From an uncultured Candidatus Saccharibacteria bacterium (GTDB taxonomy: Bacteria > Patescibacteriota > Minisyncoccia > Phycocordibacterales > CAIZLB01), in contig CAYZIG010000001.1 of the NCBI GenBank assembly GCA_964478465.1, positions 1-40,794 on the forward strand: DNA of 40,794 nucleotides, in the 5' to 3' direction. Shown one piece after another: positions 7,328 to 17,121 of this stretch. The position numbers and the translations under genes are program-made. The stretch's first letter is position 1; each line of letters begins with the position of its first letter. The notes under the pieces were generated by a model. The model was not told the origin of the DNA. It saw only the letters and a program-made list of their open reading frames with translations, and made no database searches.

Positions 7328-8309
7328 ATGGGTAAGCAGTTTGTATTTTTGTAAGTGTTAAAGGTGACACATTTAAAGCAGTTATCACAGCATCATAAGT
7401 ATAAAAATCCGCTAAAGGAAAAGTCTTGTATTTCATTCTATATCTTACTTGCAAATCTGGATTACTAGCAAAATTAGAAGACTTTGTTACAGTTATAGAA
7501 GTATTAATATCATTAATATCGTACATGCTTTTTCCATCTGCTGTGGTTATAGTCCCTGAATTTGTTATTTTTGTTTCAATATAAGTATCATCAATTGTTT
7601 TTAAATCTATCAATTCCCCTGCTGTTATAAGACTTAGTTCTGAAATATTTGAATAAGTCATTGTAAAATTATTATACAATGAAATTTCTAAAACTGCATC
7701 AAATATCGCATCTGCGTTTATATTAATAGTATATACATTTGAGTAAACTGGGTCTATAGCAACACTATCAGTGTATATACTAGCTATCAGATTATAAGGA
7801 ATTTGAACTATCCCGGCATCAATTGGTATTCTAAGTTGGGTTTCTGCGAATGTTTTCATATCTATAAGAATATTTTCAATATTTTTCATTCGTCTATAGA
7901 AATCTACTTCGTTATAGGTCAATTTATCCAGTAATATTTGGTCTATGCTATCCCCTACATTAAAATTTCTGCTGTAGATGGTATTTAAATCTGAATATAC
8001 ATTCGGAAAAACACTTTGAAAAGAAGTTAAAGGAATCATTTCATTTAAAAAAGCGTATTCGAATATATCATGTTCATATGCTAATATTCGAGCGTGTAAG
8101 GCTTCCTGTTGCGTTCTTATAGTGTTGAAGGCTTGATATCCCAATTCCTCACCTGTATCAATATTAGATAGTGTACCATGGTCTGAATTATCAATCATAA
8201 GAGTTGTAAAGTTTTGTGTATCGCTTACCGCTTCCCTGAGTGTATATCTTAATCTATGTTTATCGGTATCAATTATTTTATTTGTTATCTGCATAATTTT
8301 ACCTTGCAT
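7326..8309 (-). CDS. Distal tail / tail-tip structural protein (unassigned family)
   Basis: 327-aa ORF, the second gene after the tape measure and the last gene before the terminator. No recognisable motif. Confidence 0.45.
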   Translation of the reverse strand: MQGKIMQITNKIIDTDKHRLRYTLREAVSDTQNFTTLMIDNSDHGTLSNIDTGEELGYQAFNTIRTQQEALHARILAYEHDIFEYAFLNEMIPLTSFQSVFPNVYSDLNTIYSRNFNVGDSIDQILLDKLTYNEVDFYRRMKNIENILIDMKTFAETQLRIPIDAGIVQIPYNLIASIYTDSVAIDPVYSNVYTININADAIFDAVLEISLYNNFTMTYSNISELSLITAGELIDLKTIDDTYIETKITNSGTITTADGKSMYDINDINTSITVTKSSNFASNPDLQVRYRMKYKTFPLADFYTYDAVITALNVSPLTLTKIQTAYP

Positions 8310-8310
8310 T

Positions 8311-9825
8311 TTATACCCCCTGATCTGTCAAAAAATTATCAATTAAAGTTTCATTGCTTGATACACTATAATTTACAGCTTTGAAAAAATCAGCTTTTAC
8401 AACTGCATCAACTTTTAATACTTTTGTTGCTTCAAAATATCCCGTCAAAGAATCTTCTAGTTCATGAGTATAATTACCCCATGTGCTCGTATCAAGTACA
8501 CAATTTGCAGACAAAACAGGATTTATATCATCCCTATACCCTGCTAATGAACCCTCCCAGTTTATTAATTTTGAAATATTAACATAAGCCCATCCCCCGA
8601 CTTGAAATAAATCGTTTGTAGAATAAAAAGCATCTATTTCAAGTGTAATTGAAGGATTTGCAAATTTAGCAAAATGAATATCTGACATTGTTTTTATGAA
8701 ACTTTCTCTAGCTGTTTGTCTGCTTCCTGAGTAATCATTCATGCCTTCAAAAGTTATTTCCTGAGCTTTAAGCGGTGACAATCCGTATTTTTTAATTGAA
8801 TCATCATTAGTATAGTAATATAACTCAGTTCCGTTCATAGCTTTGATTATAATATGATTTTGTATCTCTGTAAGTATGATTTTCTTAGAATTAACGCTTA
8901 TAACATTTGTATCATCAAGAGTTATGTCGGGATTTATAATACTTTTTTCCTCTATTTCATCAAAACTCATAGTTGAGGAATCAAAAGTTCCACCTACAAA
9001 ACTAGCCCATGTTTTAGCCGGTACTGTAATTAATAATTCGGTTGTCAGCGGATTTCTATTTAGTTTAGAATATAGTTTTCCATCTGTTTTTACATATGAA
9101 AAAATATTACATGGCATCAAAACATTTTTTTGTATCCAGTCACGCGGATTTTGCAAAGCCTCCGTAAATTCATAATAAAAAACCACTCCATCAAGATGAG
9201 GATAATTGGCAATATCCCAAGAAGTGTTGGAACCGTCCCAATCAAGATATTCTTTCCAGTCTTTACCTTCCAATAGTTGAAAAACTCCTTTTACAAAGTC
9301 AATTGGAGAACCTTGAAATATTATAGTGTCATAAGGGTCTGGTCTTGAAAACCCTGTTAATGTCGGAAAAGTTATTGAAGATTGTGCAACTCCGTTTATT
9401 TTGAAAAGATAGTTTTGAAAAACTGTTTGTTTTGCAAGCTCTTGAACGTCTCCTATGTCAAAATTATACCAAGTTTCATAAGCGTCATGGGTAACATTTC
9501 TCAAATATCCTGCATAAATTAAAGTTCCTACACCATCAATGTAGGCATATATATCAACTTTATTCTTATAAATATTTTTCGTAACACCTCCGACATTCAA
9601 AACTTGTAAACTTTCATATATCCAACTAGATACTGTTTCATTAAGATTTTGTACTTTCACTTGGATATTTGATACCGCTGTCGTACATCTTGTAGTATCT
9701 AACTGCATCGAATGATTTTGCGGAAGTTCCATAATATCCAGTGTAGAAAAATCCTTTATCGGGTCGGTATATATTCGCATCTTATAATAAATTTCTTTTT
9801 CTGAGGTTGTATTTTTAATCTTCAT
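8311..9825 (-). CDS. Distal tail protein candidate (Dit-position)
   Basis: 504-aa ORF overlapping the tape-measure stop by 11 nt. The call rests on position only. Confidence 0.5.
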   Translation of the reverse strand: MKIKNTTSEKEIYYKMRIYTDPIKDFSTLDIMELPQNHSMQLDTTRCTTAVSNIQVKVQNLNETVSSWIYESLQVLNVGGVTKNIYKNKVDIYAYIDGVGTLIYAGYLRNVTHDAYETWYNFDIGDVQELAKQTVFQNYLFKINGVAQSSITFPTLTGFSRPDPYDTIIFQGSPIDFVKGVFQLLEGKDWKEYLDWDGSNTSWDIANYPHLDGVVFYYEFTEALQNPRDWIQKNVLMPCNIFSYVKTDGKLYSKLNRNPLTTELLITVPAKTWASFVGGTFDSSTMSFDEIEEKSIINPDITLDDTNVISVNSKKIILTEIQNHIIIKAMNGTELYYYTNDDSIKKYGLSPLKAQEITFEGMNDYSGSRQTARESFIKTMSDIHFAKFANPSITLEIDAFYSTNDLFQVGGWAYVNISKLINWEGSLAGYRDDINPVLSANCVLDTSTWGNYTHELEDSLTGYFEATKVLKVDAVVKADFFKAVNYSVSSNETLIDNFLTDQGV

Positions 9826-12800
9826 AGACTATCTTCCTCGCTTCCACAGTATATCCGTCATCTGACAATTGCATCAACTCAGGCATTAATAATTTTGCTA
9901 CATCATTTGACTTAATATCAACTTTAACAACTTTTACATTTTCTTTCTTTTCAGTTTCTTTTGTATATTCGTCTTTTGGTGGCGTGTAAGGGGTCATGGT
10001 TGAGATTTTTTCATATCCTGCTGTCTTTGTTTCATCTATACTTATCGAACGTCCTACACCGCCCAGAGCAACCGCAACGGCGGTATTTTGTGCAACTGAT
10101 GCCAAGTCATTTGGAATTAACGCCCATGTTGCGGGATTAGTAGCATGAAACGCCGCGTCCCCTGCACTTATCAAAGCTTTCATTCCTGCTTTTTGTGCTT
10201 CTTGAAATGCAAATTCTTGTAACATCTTCTTTCCTGATTCAATTATCTGGTCATATCCTATTGCCTGACCTTTAATACTTTTGTTCATTAAGTCTTCTGC
10301 TGTTTTATCTACTTTTTCTTTTAAATTTAAATATGAATTTTCAAGATTAACTTTTGATAAATAAAACTTTTTATCATTTTCAAGCTGTTCAAGCTTAATT
10401 CTTTTCTCATTTTCAGTATAATCTTTTAGTTTTTTAAGTTTATCATCTTTTATGTCTGGTTTTTCTACTTTCTGTGTAACCATTTCTTCGTTATATTGTG
10501 CAATTTCTTCTTTTGTTTTTGGTTCTTCGTTTGTAGTTTCTTTCAATCCTATCAATGCAAGTGTTTTTCTGTTATAATCAGCTCTATGATAATCAATCCA
10601 ACTATCAAAATCATCATCAAACTTTTGCTTTAATGCTTTTCTTTCTTCGTCTGATTGAGTATTTAAAAGATTTTTCTTGTATTCCGTTAATAAATCTGAT
10701 TCTGCTAATAATAAAGCTGTTTCGTATTCAAATTTATATTCTAATTCTTGTCTTTTAAAATATTCTTTTTCTTTTGATAAATCAAAATTGTATTGTATCT
10801 CTTTATCTTTTAATTTTTTATCAATATCAAGTATTTCTTTTGAGGTTTTTTCAATGTCTAAAGCACGTTTTTTTAAGTTTTCTTCGTCATTTTTCTTTTT
10901 ATCTTCTAAAAGTTTTTTTTCTGCTTTTTCAGCCTCTTTTGCAATCTTTTCTTTTGCGTCCGTTTCTTCTTTAGCATTTTTTTTATCTGCTTCAATCTTT
11001 AATTTTGACATATTAGCATCTTGAATTATTCTTTTCTTTTCTGTTTCTAGTTTTTCCGATTCTATTTCAATATCTTTTATTAATTTATCAGCTCTTATTT
11101 TTTTACTAGCATCAGTTTCATTTTTTATTATAATCTCAGCATCTATTTTTTTTAATTGTTCTATTTTTTTTAAAGTCTTTTTTTCCTCTTCATATATCAA
11201 TACTTGTGTTTCATAATTTTTTTCTGCAACTTGCCACCCAAATTTATCAATTAATCCAAGTTTTGCTTTTTGTATTTCTAAAGCAAAATCATTTTCAGCC
11301 TCTTTTAAATCTGAATTTGATTTTTTAATCATCTCTATTTCTTGTTTATTATATGAAACATCAGGTTTTTTAGGTTCTATAGGAATTTCAACTTTTTTTT
11401 CTTCAAATACATCAGCATACATTCTGTTATATTTTTCTTTTATCTCATTTATTTCTGCTTTTATTTCAATTTCCTTACCACCAATTTTTTTTATTTCTGC
11501 CTCACCTGTACCAAGCATACCACGTTGTCTATCCCATTCCAACAATGTTTTATAGGTTTCTTCTGCATCACGTTTAATTATATCTGCTCTTGACCTCAAA
11601 TTTTTTGTTGTTATTTCAATTTGTTTTTCGCCTTTTTTTTCTAATAAGTTATTTTCTTCTATAATACTATCTTCTGCCATTTTCATTATTTTTTCATTAT
11701 ATCTAAATTGCAAAAGTTCGTTTATTTCTAAAAGTTTTTTATATGCATCATCAGGTGTTTCAAATTTTGTGACATCGACGCTTATTTTGCTTTCTTTTAA
11801 TTTTTCTGCATTTATTCTCATTCTAGCTTCTAGTTGTAAATTTTCTCTTTCTAATCTATCTTTTTTCTCAAGTTCGTCTTTTTCTCTTTTATAAACCTTG
11901 TTAATTTCTTCCTGTGCCATTTCCATTACTAATTTTTTCTTTAAAGCTTCTCTTGCTCCCTCAATTGCTGTTTTTACATCGTTCCATTTAGTTTTCTCGC
12001 TGTCTATATTTTTGAAGTGTTCTGGATATAATTCTTTCATAGTTTTTATAGCATCACCGTATAATTCTTGTTCTTTTTTAGTTTTATGAAGTTTTACTCC
12101 TAACTCTTCTATAGTTATAGCAACTGATTCAAAGCTAACCCGGCTTTCTTCTGCTTTATCAATTTGAGGGATAAAAGATTTTACAAAATCAGCAATAGCC
12201 ATTCTTCCAGCATCCAAAGCAGGTTGAAATTTAGAACCTAAAAACTCAGTATAATCAGTCCATGCATTTTTCATTAAATCTTCTGCATCTACTTGCAATT
12301 CTGCGTGTCCTTTGTATGCTAGTTCTATCTCGTCGAGTATGATAGACTGTGCTCCTAGTACATTATTCGTTTCCATCATTGTTTGAATAGTTTTTTTCTG
12401 CTGTTCTGAGAAATGGAACCCGCTTTTTGATAATGCCCCCATCCCGCTTATCGGATCTTGTAAGGCTTTTCCAATTTGCATTGCAGAACTTGAAAGGTCG
12501 GTTTTCATTACAGCAGACATATCAAGCATGGCTTGCGTTGCTCTTGGCATAACCTCTTCACTCATTCCGTTAAAAGTTAATAGCATTTTGTCCGCTTCTA
12601 TGATTGCTTGGTCTGTATAATTTGTATTTTGTGACAATGCTTTAGCGTTTAATTGGAGTTTTTCAGAGAAAGCATCGGTATAAATACCCATATTTTTCAT
12701 TTGTAAATTCATTCCATCGACTGCGTCCGCCTGTTCGTCCGAAGCGTCTCTCCATGATGTTATAATATCAATTCCCGACTTTATAACATCAAAAAATTTT

Positions 12801-13036
12801 GTCGCTGCTTCTGTAATCTGATTAAATCCGAACCCTGCTATTGATAAACTTGTGAACCCTTCTTTTATCTTATCGAAAAAGCCTTTTTGTTTCTCTGCGT
12901 GTTCTCCAATACTTTCATTCATTTCCTCAGTAGTATCAATAACACGCCTTGCCCCATCTTCAAAATCTTCAGTGTTAAAACTTATTCGGCTTTCTACGTC
13001 ATTGTCATTTTCTTCATCTCTTGCTATTGTTCTCAC
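9815..13036 (-). CDS. Tail tape measure protein
   Basis: 1073 aa with a GTG start. The N-terminal core SSAMQIGKALQDPISGMGALSKSGFHFSEQQKKTIQTMMETNNVLGAQSIILDEIE matches the TP901-type tape-measure core pattern. A very long K/E-rich coiled coil follows. Confidence 0.85.
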   Translation of the reverse strand: MRTIARDEENDNDVESRISFNTEDFEDGARRVIDTTEEMNESIGEHAEKQKGFFDKIKEGFTSLSIAGFGFNQITEAATKFFDVIKSGIDIITSWRDASDEQADAVDGMNLQMKNMGIYTDAFSEKLQLNAKALSQNTNYTDQAIIEADKMLLTFNGMSEEVMPRATQAMLDMSAVMKTDLSSSAMQIGKALQDPISGMGALSKSGFHFSEQQKKTIQTMMETNNVLGAQSIILDEIELAYKGHAELQVDAEDLMKNAWTDYTEFLGSKFQPALDAGRMAIADFVKSFIPQIDKAEESRVSFESVAITIEELGVKLHKTKKEQELYGDAIKTMKELYPEHFKNIDSEKTKWNDVKTAIEGAREALKKKLVMEMAQEEINKVYKREKDELEKKDRLERENLQLEARMRINAEKLKESKISVDVTKFETPDDAYKKLLEINELLQFRYNEKIMKMAEDSIIEENNLLEKKGEKQIEITTKNLRSRADIIKRDAEETYKTLLEWDRQRGMLGTGEAEIKKIGGKEIEIKAEINEIKEKYNRMYADVFEEKKVEIPIEPKKPDVSYNKQEIEMIKKSNSDLKEAENDFALEIQKAKLGLIDKFGWQVAEKNYETQVLIYEEEKKTLKKIEQLKKIDAEIIIKNETDASKKIRADKLIKDIEIESEKLETEKKRIIQDANMSKLKIEADKKNAKEETDAKEKIAKEAEKAEKKLLEDKKKNDEENLKKRALDIEKTSKEILDIDKKLKDKEIQYNFDLSKEKEYFKRQELEYKFEYETALLLAESDLLTEYKKNLLNTQSDEERKALKQKFDDDFDSWIDYHRADYNRKTLALIGLKETTNEEPKTKEEIAQYNEEMVTQKVEKPDIKDDKLKKLKDYTENEKRIKLEQLENDKKFYLSKVNLENSYLNLKEKVDKTAEDLMNKSIKGQAIGYDQIIESGKKMLQEFAFQEAQKAGMKALISAGDAAFHATNPATWALIPNDLASVAQNTAVAVALGGVGRSISIDETKTAGYEKISTMTPYTPPKDEYTKETEKKENVKVVKVDIKSNDVAKLLMPELMQLSDDGYTVEARKIVYED

Positions 13037-13057
13037 CTACCTTTTCAAACTTATAAT

Positions 13058-13091
13058 CCTTACAAAATAAAAATACTAATAATTTGTAAGG
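13058..13091 (-). promoter_or_regulatory. Stem-loop between the hydrolase gene and the tape measure
   Basis: The 9-bp stem CCTTACAAA / TTTGTAAGG has a 16-nt loop and no U-tract on either strand. Confidence 0.3.
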
Positions 13092-13169
13092 TATGCAATA
13101 TTGATTATGAATACATTTTGAACAGTCAGGAAGTATATCAATATTTATATACGTTTTCATATCCATTTT

Positions 13170-14297
13170 CTATACCTCCCTAGTTTTTAAAATAACCTCA
13201 ATATCAAATAATCCGTTTTGTAGTTTTTTTGGTCTTACTTCATTATATTCAAAATCACAATATACCTCATTACCTATACTTTCCCCACCTTCGTAATCAT
13301 AGAAAAATAGTTTTGAAATATTTATTTTAGTTCCTGAGTTAGTTTTAAAATAATTCATTACTGTTAATTTTTCCGCTATTGATAGAGCTTGTATTTTTAA
13401 GTTATAAATATATTTTTTATGAAGTTCTAAAGTTTCAATAGTATAATTTAATGATATATTTTTAAACTCTTCTGATTCTCTGCCGTTTGTTAATATTCCA
13501 AAAAATTTATATCTTGTGGCCGGTGAAAAAGAAATTCCGAATAACCCTATTTGATATAATCTTCTTTGAATTGATTGCATTATTCTAACTGTACCACTGC
13601 TTAAATCATCCCAAATATTCGGAGTATAATCATGTGTAATGTACACTAAACCCGTTGTGAATACAAAACTGTCTATATTTGCATCAGTAATACTATTAAA
13701 ATCAGCATTATAAAACAAAGCTCCTCTTGTTCCTTTTTCATAGTTTTGATAATGTGTATAGCCTGTTGCAATTCCTCCTAACTGTGATAAATTAATAGTA
13801 GAATAATCACCTTCTGCTACTATCAAAGTATCTGCGAACCCTTTCCAGAACATATAATCTGTACACGCTGTACCGGGATTACCTACAACATAATCAAAAC
13901 CGATTGATTTCGCATAAGCTGTGTATCCTGAGTATAAATCACCAAAATTACTTGTATCTAGTATTTCATTTTCTACCCACGATACCTCGTCCATGAAAAT
14001 TCCATCAACTTCAGAATAGTAATTTCTCCATGTGTCCATCTCGATTTCAACCGCTGAAGGAGAACGCACACCGTAATTTGTTGCAACGTAACCTAAGATA
14101 AAAGCTCCTGCCTCTTTTAAACTTGCTATTCCTGCTGTATAGTTTGCATCTATTGAACCCCCTACACCGCTATTAGGATTCACTATTATAAAAGTTGGTA
14201 CTTTATATGTCAATATATATTCTTCTAATATAGCCCATCCCGAACTTGTGGGATAACTATATAACGGTATTATGATCCCACTTTTTGGCAATTCCAT
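13170..14297 (-). CDS. Spherulin-4-like (GH135/Sph3-type) glycoside hydrolase with unknown C-terminal domain
   Basis: IIIPLYSYPTSSGWAILEEYILTYKVPTFIIVNPNSGVGGSIDANYTAGIASLKEAGAFILGYVATNYGVRSPSAVEIEMDTWRNYYSEVDGIFMDEVS follows the Spherulin-4 pattern (PLY.YP...W, vNPnnGpG, lGYV.T.Y, vDGiF.DE). The family is recalled, not searched. Confidence 0.65.
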   Translation of the reverse strand: MELPKSGIIIPLYSYPTSSGWAILEEYILTYKVPTFIIVNPNSGVGGSIDANYTAGIASLKEAGAFILGYVATNYGVRSPSAVEIEMDTWRNYYSEVDGIFMDEVSWVENEILDTSNFGDLYSGYTAYAKSIGFDYVVGNPGTACTDYMFWKGFADTLIVAEGDYSTINLSQLGGIATGYTHYQNYEKGTRGALFYNADFNSITDANIDSFVFTTGLVYITHDYTPNIWDDLSSGTVRIMQSIQRRLYQIGLFGISFSPATRYKFFGILTNGRESEEFKNISLNYTIETLELHKKYIYNLKIQALSIAEKLTVMNYFKTNSGTKINISKLFFYDYEGGESIGNEVYCDFEYNEVRPKKLQNGLFDIEVILKTREV

Positions 14298-14302
14298 TTA
14301 TA

Positions 14303-14620
14303 TCACGCTCCCATCATTCTCCTCAATTCGTTAATCTGATTAATCTGTCTTTTTTTCTTATCCTCGTCCGTTGATGTGTCAATCTCAGTTATAACTTTTT
14401 TTAATAATGCTTTCTTTTCTGTATATATTTCACTATAATTTTCTTTGCTTTCAGTTTCTAACCAGAGATGATTCTCTGCAATTTCTAACAGTCTTAAGTC
14501 TTCCTGAGCTTGGACTATTGAAATTTTAGAGTACATATCAAGGAAAATTATACTCTTCATCTTCATTACTTCGTCAAATTTATAATTATAATATTTACAG
14601 AATTGACTTATCATGTACAT
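14303..14620 (-). CDS. Tail assembly chaperone, T-like part (also expressed as a GT fusion)
   Basis: The frame stays open upstream of its ATG back to the A10 tract, in the -1 frame relative to the preceding ORF. It lies downstream of the tail-tube genes. Confidence 0.6.
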   Translation of the reverse strand: MYMISQFCKYYNYKFDEVMKMKSIIFLDMYSKISIVQAQEDLRLLEIAENHLWLETESKENYSEIYTEKKALLKKVITEIDTSTDEDKKKRQINQINELRRMMGA

Positions 14621-14658
14621 TACATCTATGTCATAATCTGTCTTATCGTCCGAGTTAT

Positions 14659-14946
14659 TTAGTTTTTTTTTTCGTTTTTACCTAGCATTATTTCGGTAAG
14701 TATTTTTATAAGTTCGTTTAATTGTGATAATGTTAGTTTGTCAGGATTTATTCTTTTATATATCTTTGATTTTACCGCACATTTTTTTAATAACCATTTT
14801 GCTAGTGTTAAACTGTCTCTAAATTGTCCTTTCTGTAATTTGTTCATATATTCGTAATAATCCGATACAGTAGGATTTTTTATTTTATACTTTTCACCGT
14901 TAAATTGTATTTGGTTTTCTTCCAATATGTCAAGATTGTATAACAT
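14659..14946 (-). CDS. Tail assembly chaperone, G-like
   Basis: 95-aa ORF directly after the tail-tube genes. It ends GAA AAA AAA AAC TAA, which contains a slippery run. Confidence 0.65.
   Translation of the reverse strand: MLYNLDILEENQIQFNGEKYKIKNPTVSDYYEYMNKLQKGQFRDSLTLAKWLLKKCAVKSKIYKRINPDKLTLSQLNELIKILTEIMLGKNEKKN
14663..14672 (-). promoter_or_regulatory. Programmed -1 ribosomal frameshift site (A10)
   Basis: The minus strand reads CG-AAAAAAAAAA-CT, three codons before the G stop. After a -1 shift the reading frame runs without stops (KLNNSDDKTDYDIDV) into the 105-aa ORF. This is the conserved G/GT arrangement. Confidence 0.6.
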
Positions 14947-14992
14947 TTTTAACCCTCCTTAGAAAAAAAACACCCTTTCGAGTGCTTTTAAT

Positions 14993-15967
14993 CTAGTATT
15001 TTTTTCTTAAACTTATATTATCTATAGTACCGGTCCAAGTCGTACTTGATAAAATCATAGTTATACCATCTGCGAACTCGTCCGCTGTGAAATAAATTAA
15101 ATGTGATGCTAAACCTAATTTATTTAAATTCAATTTGTAACTTGTTGCAGTATTTGCGTAAATACTTAACCATTCGGGAACACCACTACCCATTGTTGCG
15201 GTTGTATTTGTTTCAAAATATAAAGCATATACCTCCCCAGTTGTAATAGTTTCTAAATATGTCGGGCTTAGATATATTTGACTTCCTAAACCTTCACCAA
15301 TAGGGTCTACCTGTGATATTTTTTCAGAAACAAGTGTAAATCCACTTATACTCCAGTTTGGAGTCCCAGATAAATTTCTATCAACTAAGTTTGTGATCAT
15401 TTCATCGCCAAATAATCCAAATTTTATTTTATCGCCGTTATTGTCATATTCTGCATTTATTTCTAATATAACACTCGCATTTTCTCCGTTAGTTCCCTTT
15501 TTTTCAAACTTTTTATCTATACAACATCTTAGAATAACAATGTCGTAAGATGTGTTATTTGCAGGAAGTTCAGAAGGATGAAGTCTTAAAATAAATTCAT
15601 TTAAAATATTTCCTACGACATTTCTAGCTGTTGAAATATCCCCTATTCCTGTTTCGTCATTTTCTACTGTTATACCTTCAAAATTTTTTATACCTGTTAC
15701 CCATTCATCAAGTTTTGCTATGGTAAAATCACTTAATTCTAGTTTTAATTTAGTTTCATTTATATCATGCAAAAATTTTATTGGTTCATTTCCACTTTCA
15801 AGGATTGTAACGCCTTTTAATTTTTCCGACCAATTAAATTCTGGTACTGATTTCTGAGAACCTAACAATGTCCACGCCTCATGTGTAAGAGGCACAACAC
15901 TATTATTATAAGGTGCAATATAAGGTTTAAATGTTCCTACATATTTACTTTTCATTATCCACCCCAC
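14993..15967 (-). CDS. Tail-tube paralog 3 with ~140-aa C-terminal extension
   Basis: Shares PYIAPY, LGSQKSVPEFNWSEK, LSDFTIAKLDEWVTGIKNFEG, ILRLHPSE and DKKFEKKGTNGE with the two upstream ORFs. It lies immediately upstream of the chaperones. Confidence 0.55.
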   Translation of the reverse strand: MGWIMKSKYVGTFKPYIAPYNNSVVPLTHEAWTLLGSQKSVPEFNWSEKLKGVTILESGNEPIKFLHDINETKLKLELSDFTIAKLDEWVTGIKNFEGITVENDETGIGDISTARNVVGNILNEFILRLHPSELPANNTSYDIVILRCCIDKKFEKKGTNGENASVILEINAEYDNNGDKIKFGLFGDEMITNLVDRNLSGTPNWSISGFTLVSEKISQVDPIGEGLGSQIYLSPTYLETITTGEVYALYFETNTTATMGSGVPEWLSIYANTATSYKLNLNKLGLASHLIYFTADEFADGITMILSSTTWTGTIDNISLRKKY

Positions 15968-16545
15968 CCAATAATTAATTTTTGGTCTAAACTGTCAGAC
16001 ATTCCTAAAACTTCAAATTCTAAAACCGCTTGTTCTCCTATAATGCCTTTTTTATCAAATTTTTTATTTATTACTGCGTGAGTAATTATAATATCTTGGT
16101 CGTATAATGCCCCACGTTCGACAGGGTGCAATCTTATTATACACTCCGCTATATTTATCCCGATTTTATTTGTAATCGTTCCTATGGTATTTTCATCAAC
16201 ATTATAGCCCTGTAAGTTGCATATTTCAGCCAGTTCATCGAATGTAGGAGCATTTTGAAACTGACCCATCGCGTCAAAGCTTACAGCGAGCCTAAATCCT
16301 TGTAATTTTGTTAAATCTAAGTCTACAAGAAATAATTTTGCCATGAGAGGATGTTCCGAACATACAGCCCCATCAATTCCATCTTCTATCGTTTTAACTT
16401 CTGCGTTTTTTTCTGAATAATTAAATTCAACGCCTGTTTTCTGATTTCCTAAAGCTACCCATAGGTCATGGTCTGTAGGTATAAATCCATCGTCGTATAA
16501 AGCTATGTAAAGTTGAAAAATACTTGGATATAATGGTGTTCCCAT
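15955..16545 (-). CDS. Tail-tube paralog 2
   Basis: LGNQKTGVEFNYSEK, IIRLHPVE and NKKFDKKGIIGEQA align with paralogs 1 and 3. Confidence 0.55.
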   Translation of the reverse strand: MGTPLYPSIFQLYIALYDDGFIPTDHDLWVALGNQKTGVEFNYSEKNAEVKTIEDGIDGAVCSEHPLMAKLFLVDLDLTKLQGFRLAVSFDAMGQFQNAPTFDELAEICNLQGYNVDENTIGTITNKIGINIAECIIRLHPVERGALYDQDIIITHAVINKKFDKKGIIGEQAVLEFEVLGMSDSLDQKLIIGWGG

Positions 16546-16557
16546 TTGTTACCTCCC

Positions 16558-17100
16558 TTAAGCGGTAACCGCTCCAAATACGACTTTTCTCGGAGTTGCT
16601 GAATCATTCCACATTGCCATACAATCCCAAACAACAGCGGCTTGGTCTCCGTATGTTCCTTTCTTTTCAAAAGACTTATTCGCTACTATTCTACATAAGA
16701 TTATATCGTTTGAATAGTCTGTTCCCATTTCTGCCGGGTGAAGTCTCAATATGTACTCGCTTGCAATCTGTCCAACTTTATTTGTAACTGTCAAAACACT
16801 TGCAGCGTATGCAGCTCCATCAAAATTTGATATTCCTGCCGACCATTCATCCAACTTTGCTACTGTTATATCCGATAATGTTAATTTGCAAGTTGCGGAT
16901 TGACTTTCCATTATTGCTTTCACTGCTTCATTACCACTTTCCACCGTTTTTACACCTGCATACTTTTCAGAATAGTTAAACTCTGCAACCGCTTTTTGTG
17001 AACCTAAAGCCGTCCATCCGCTTAGATTTGCACATGTAGGTATCACTCCATCAGTTGTGTAAGGTGCAATGTACGGTATAAAATTACCTAACATTAACAT
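16558..17100 (-). CDS. Tail-tube paralog 1 (major tail protein candidate)
   Basis: PYIAPY, LGSQKAVAEFNYSEK, LSDITVAKLDEWSAGISNFDG, ILRLHPAE and NKSFEKKGTYGDQA. It is the first of three tandem homologs. Confidence 0.55.
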   Translation of the reverse strand: MLMLGNFIPYIAPYTTDGVIPTCANLSGWTALGSQKAVAEFNYSEKYAGVKTVESGNEAVKAIMESQSATCKLTLSDITVAKLDEWSAGISNFDGAAYAASVLTVTNKVGQIASEYILRLHPAEMGTDYSNDIILCRIVANKSFEKKGTYGDQAAVVWDCMAMWNDSATPRKVVFGAVTA

Positions 17101-17121
17101 ATGTATTTCCTCCTTTATTTC

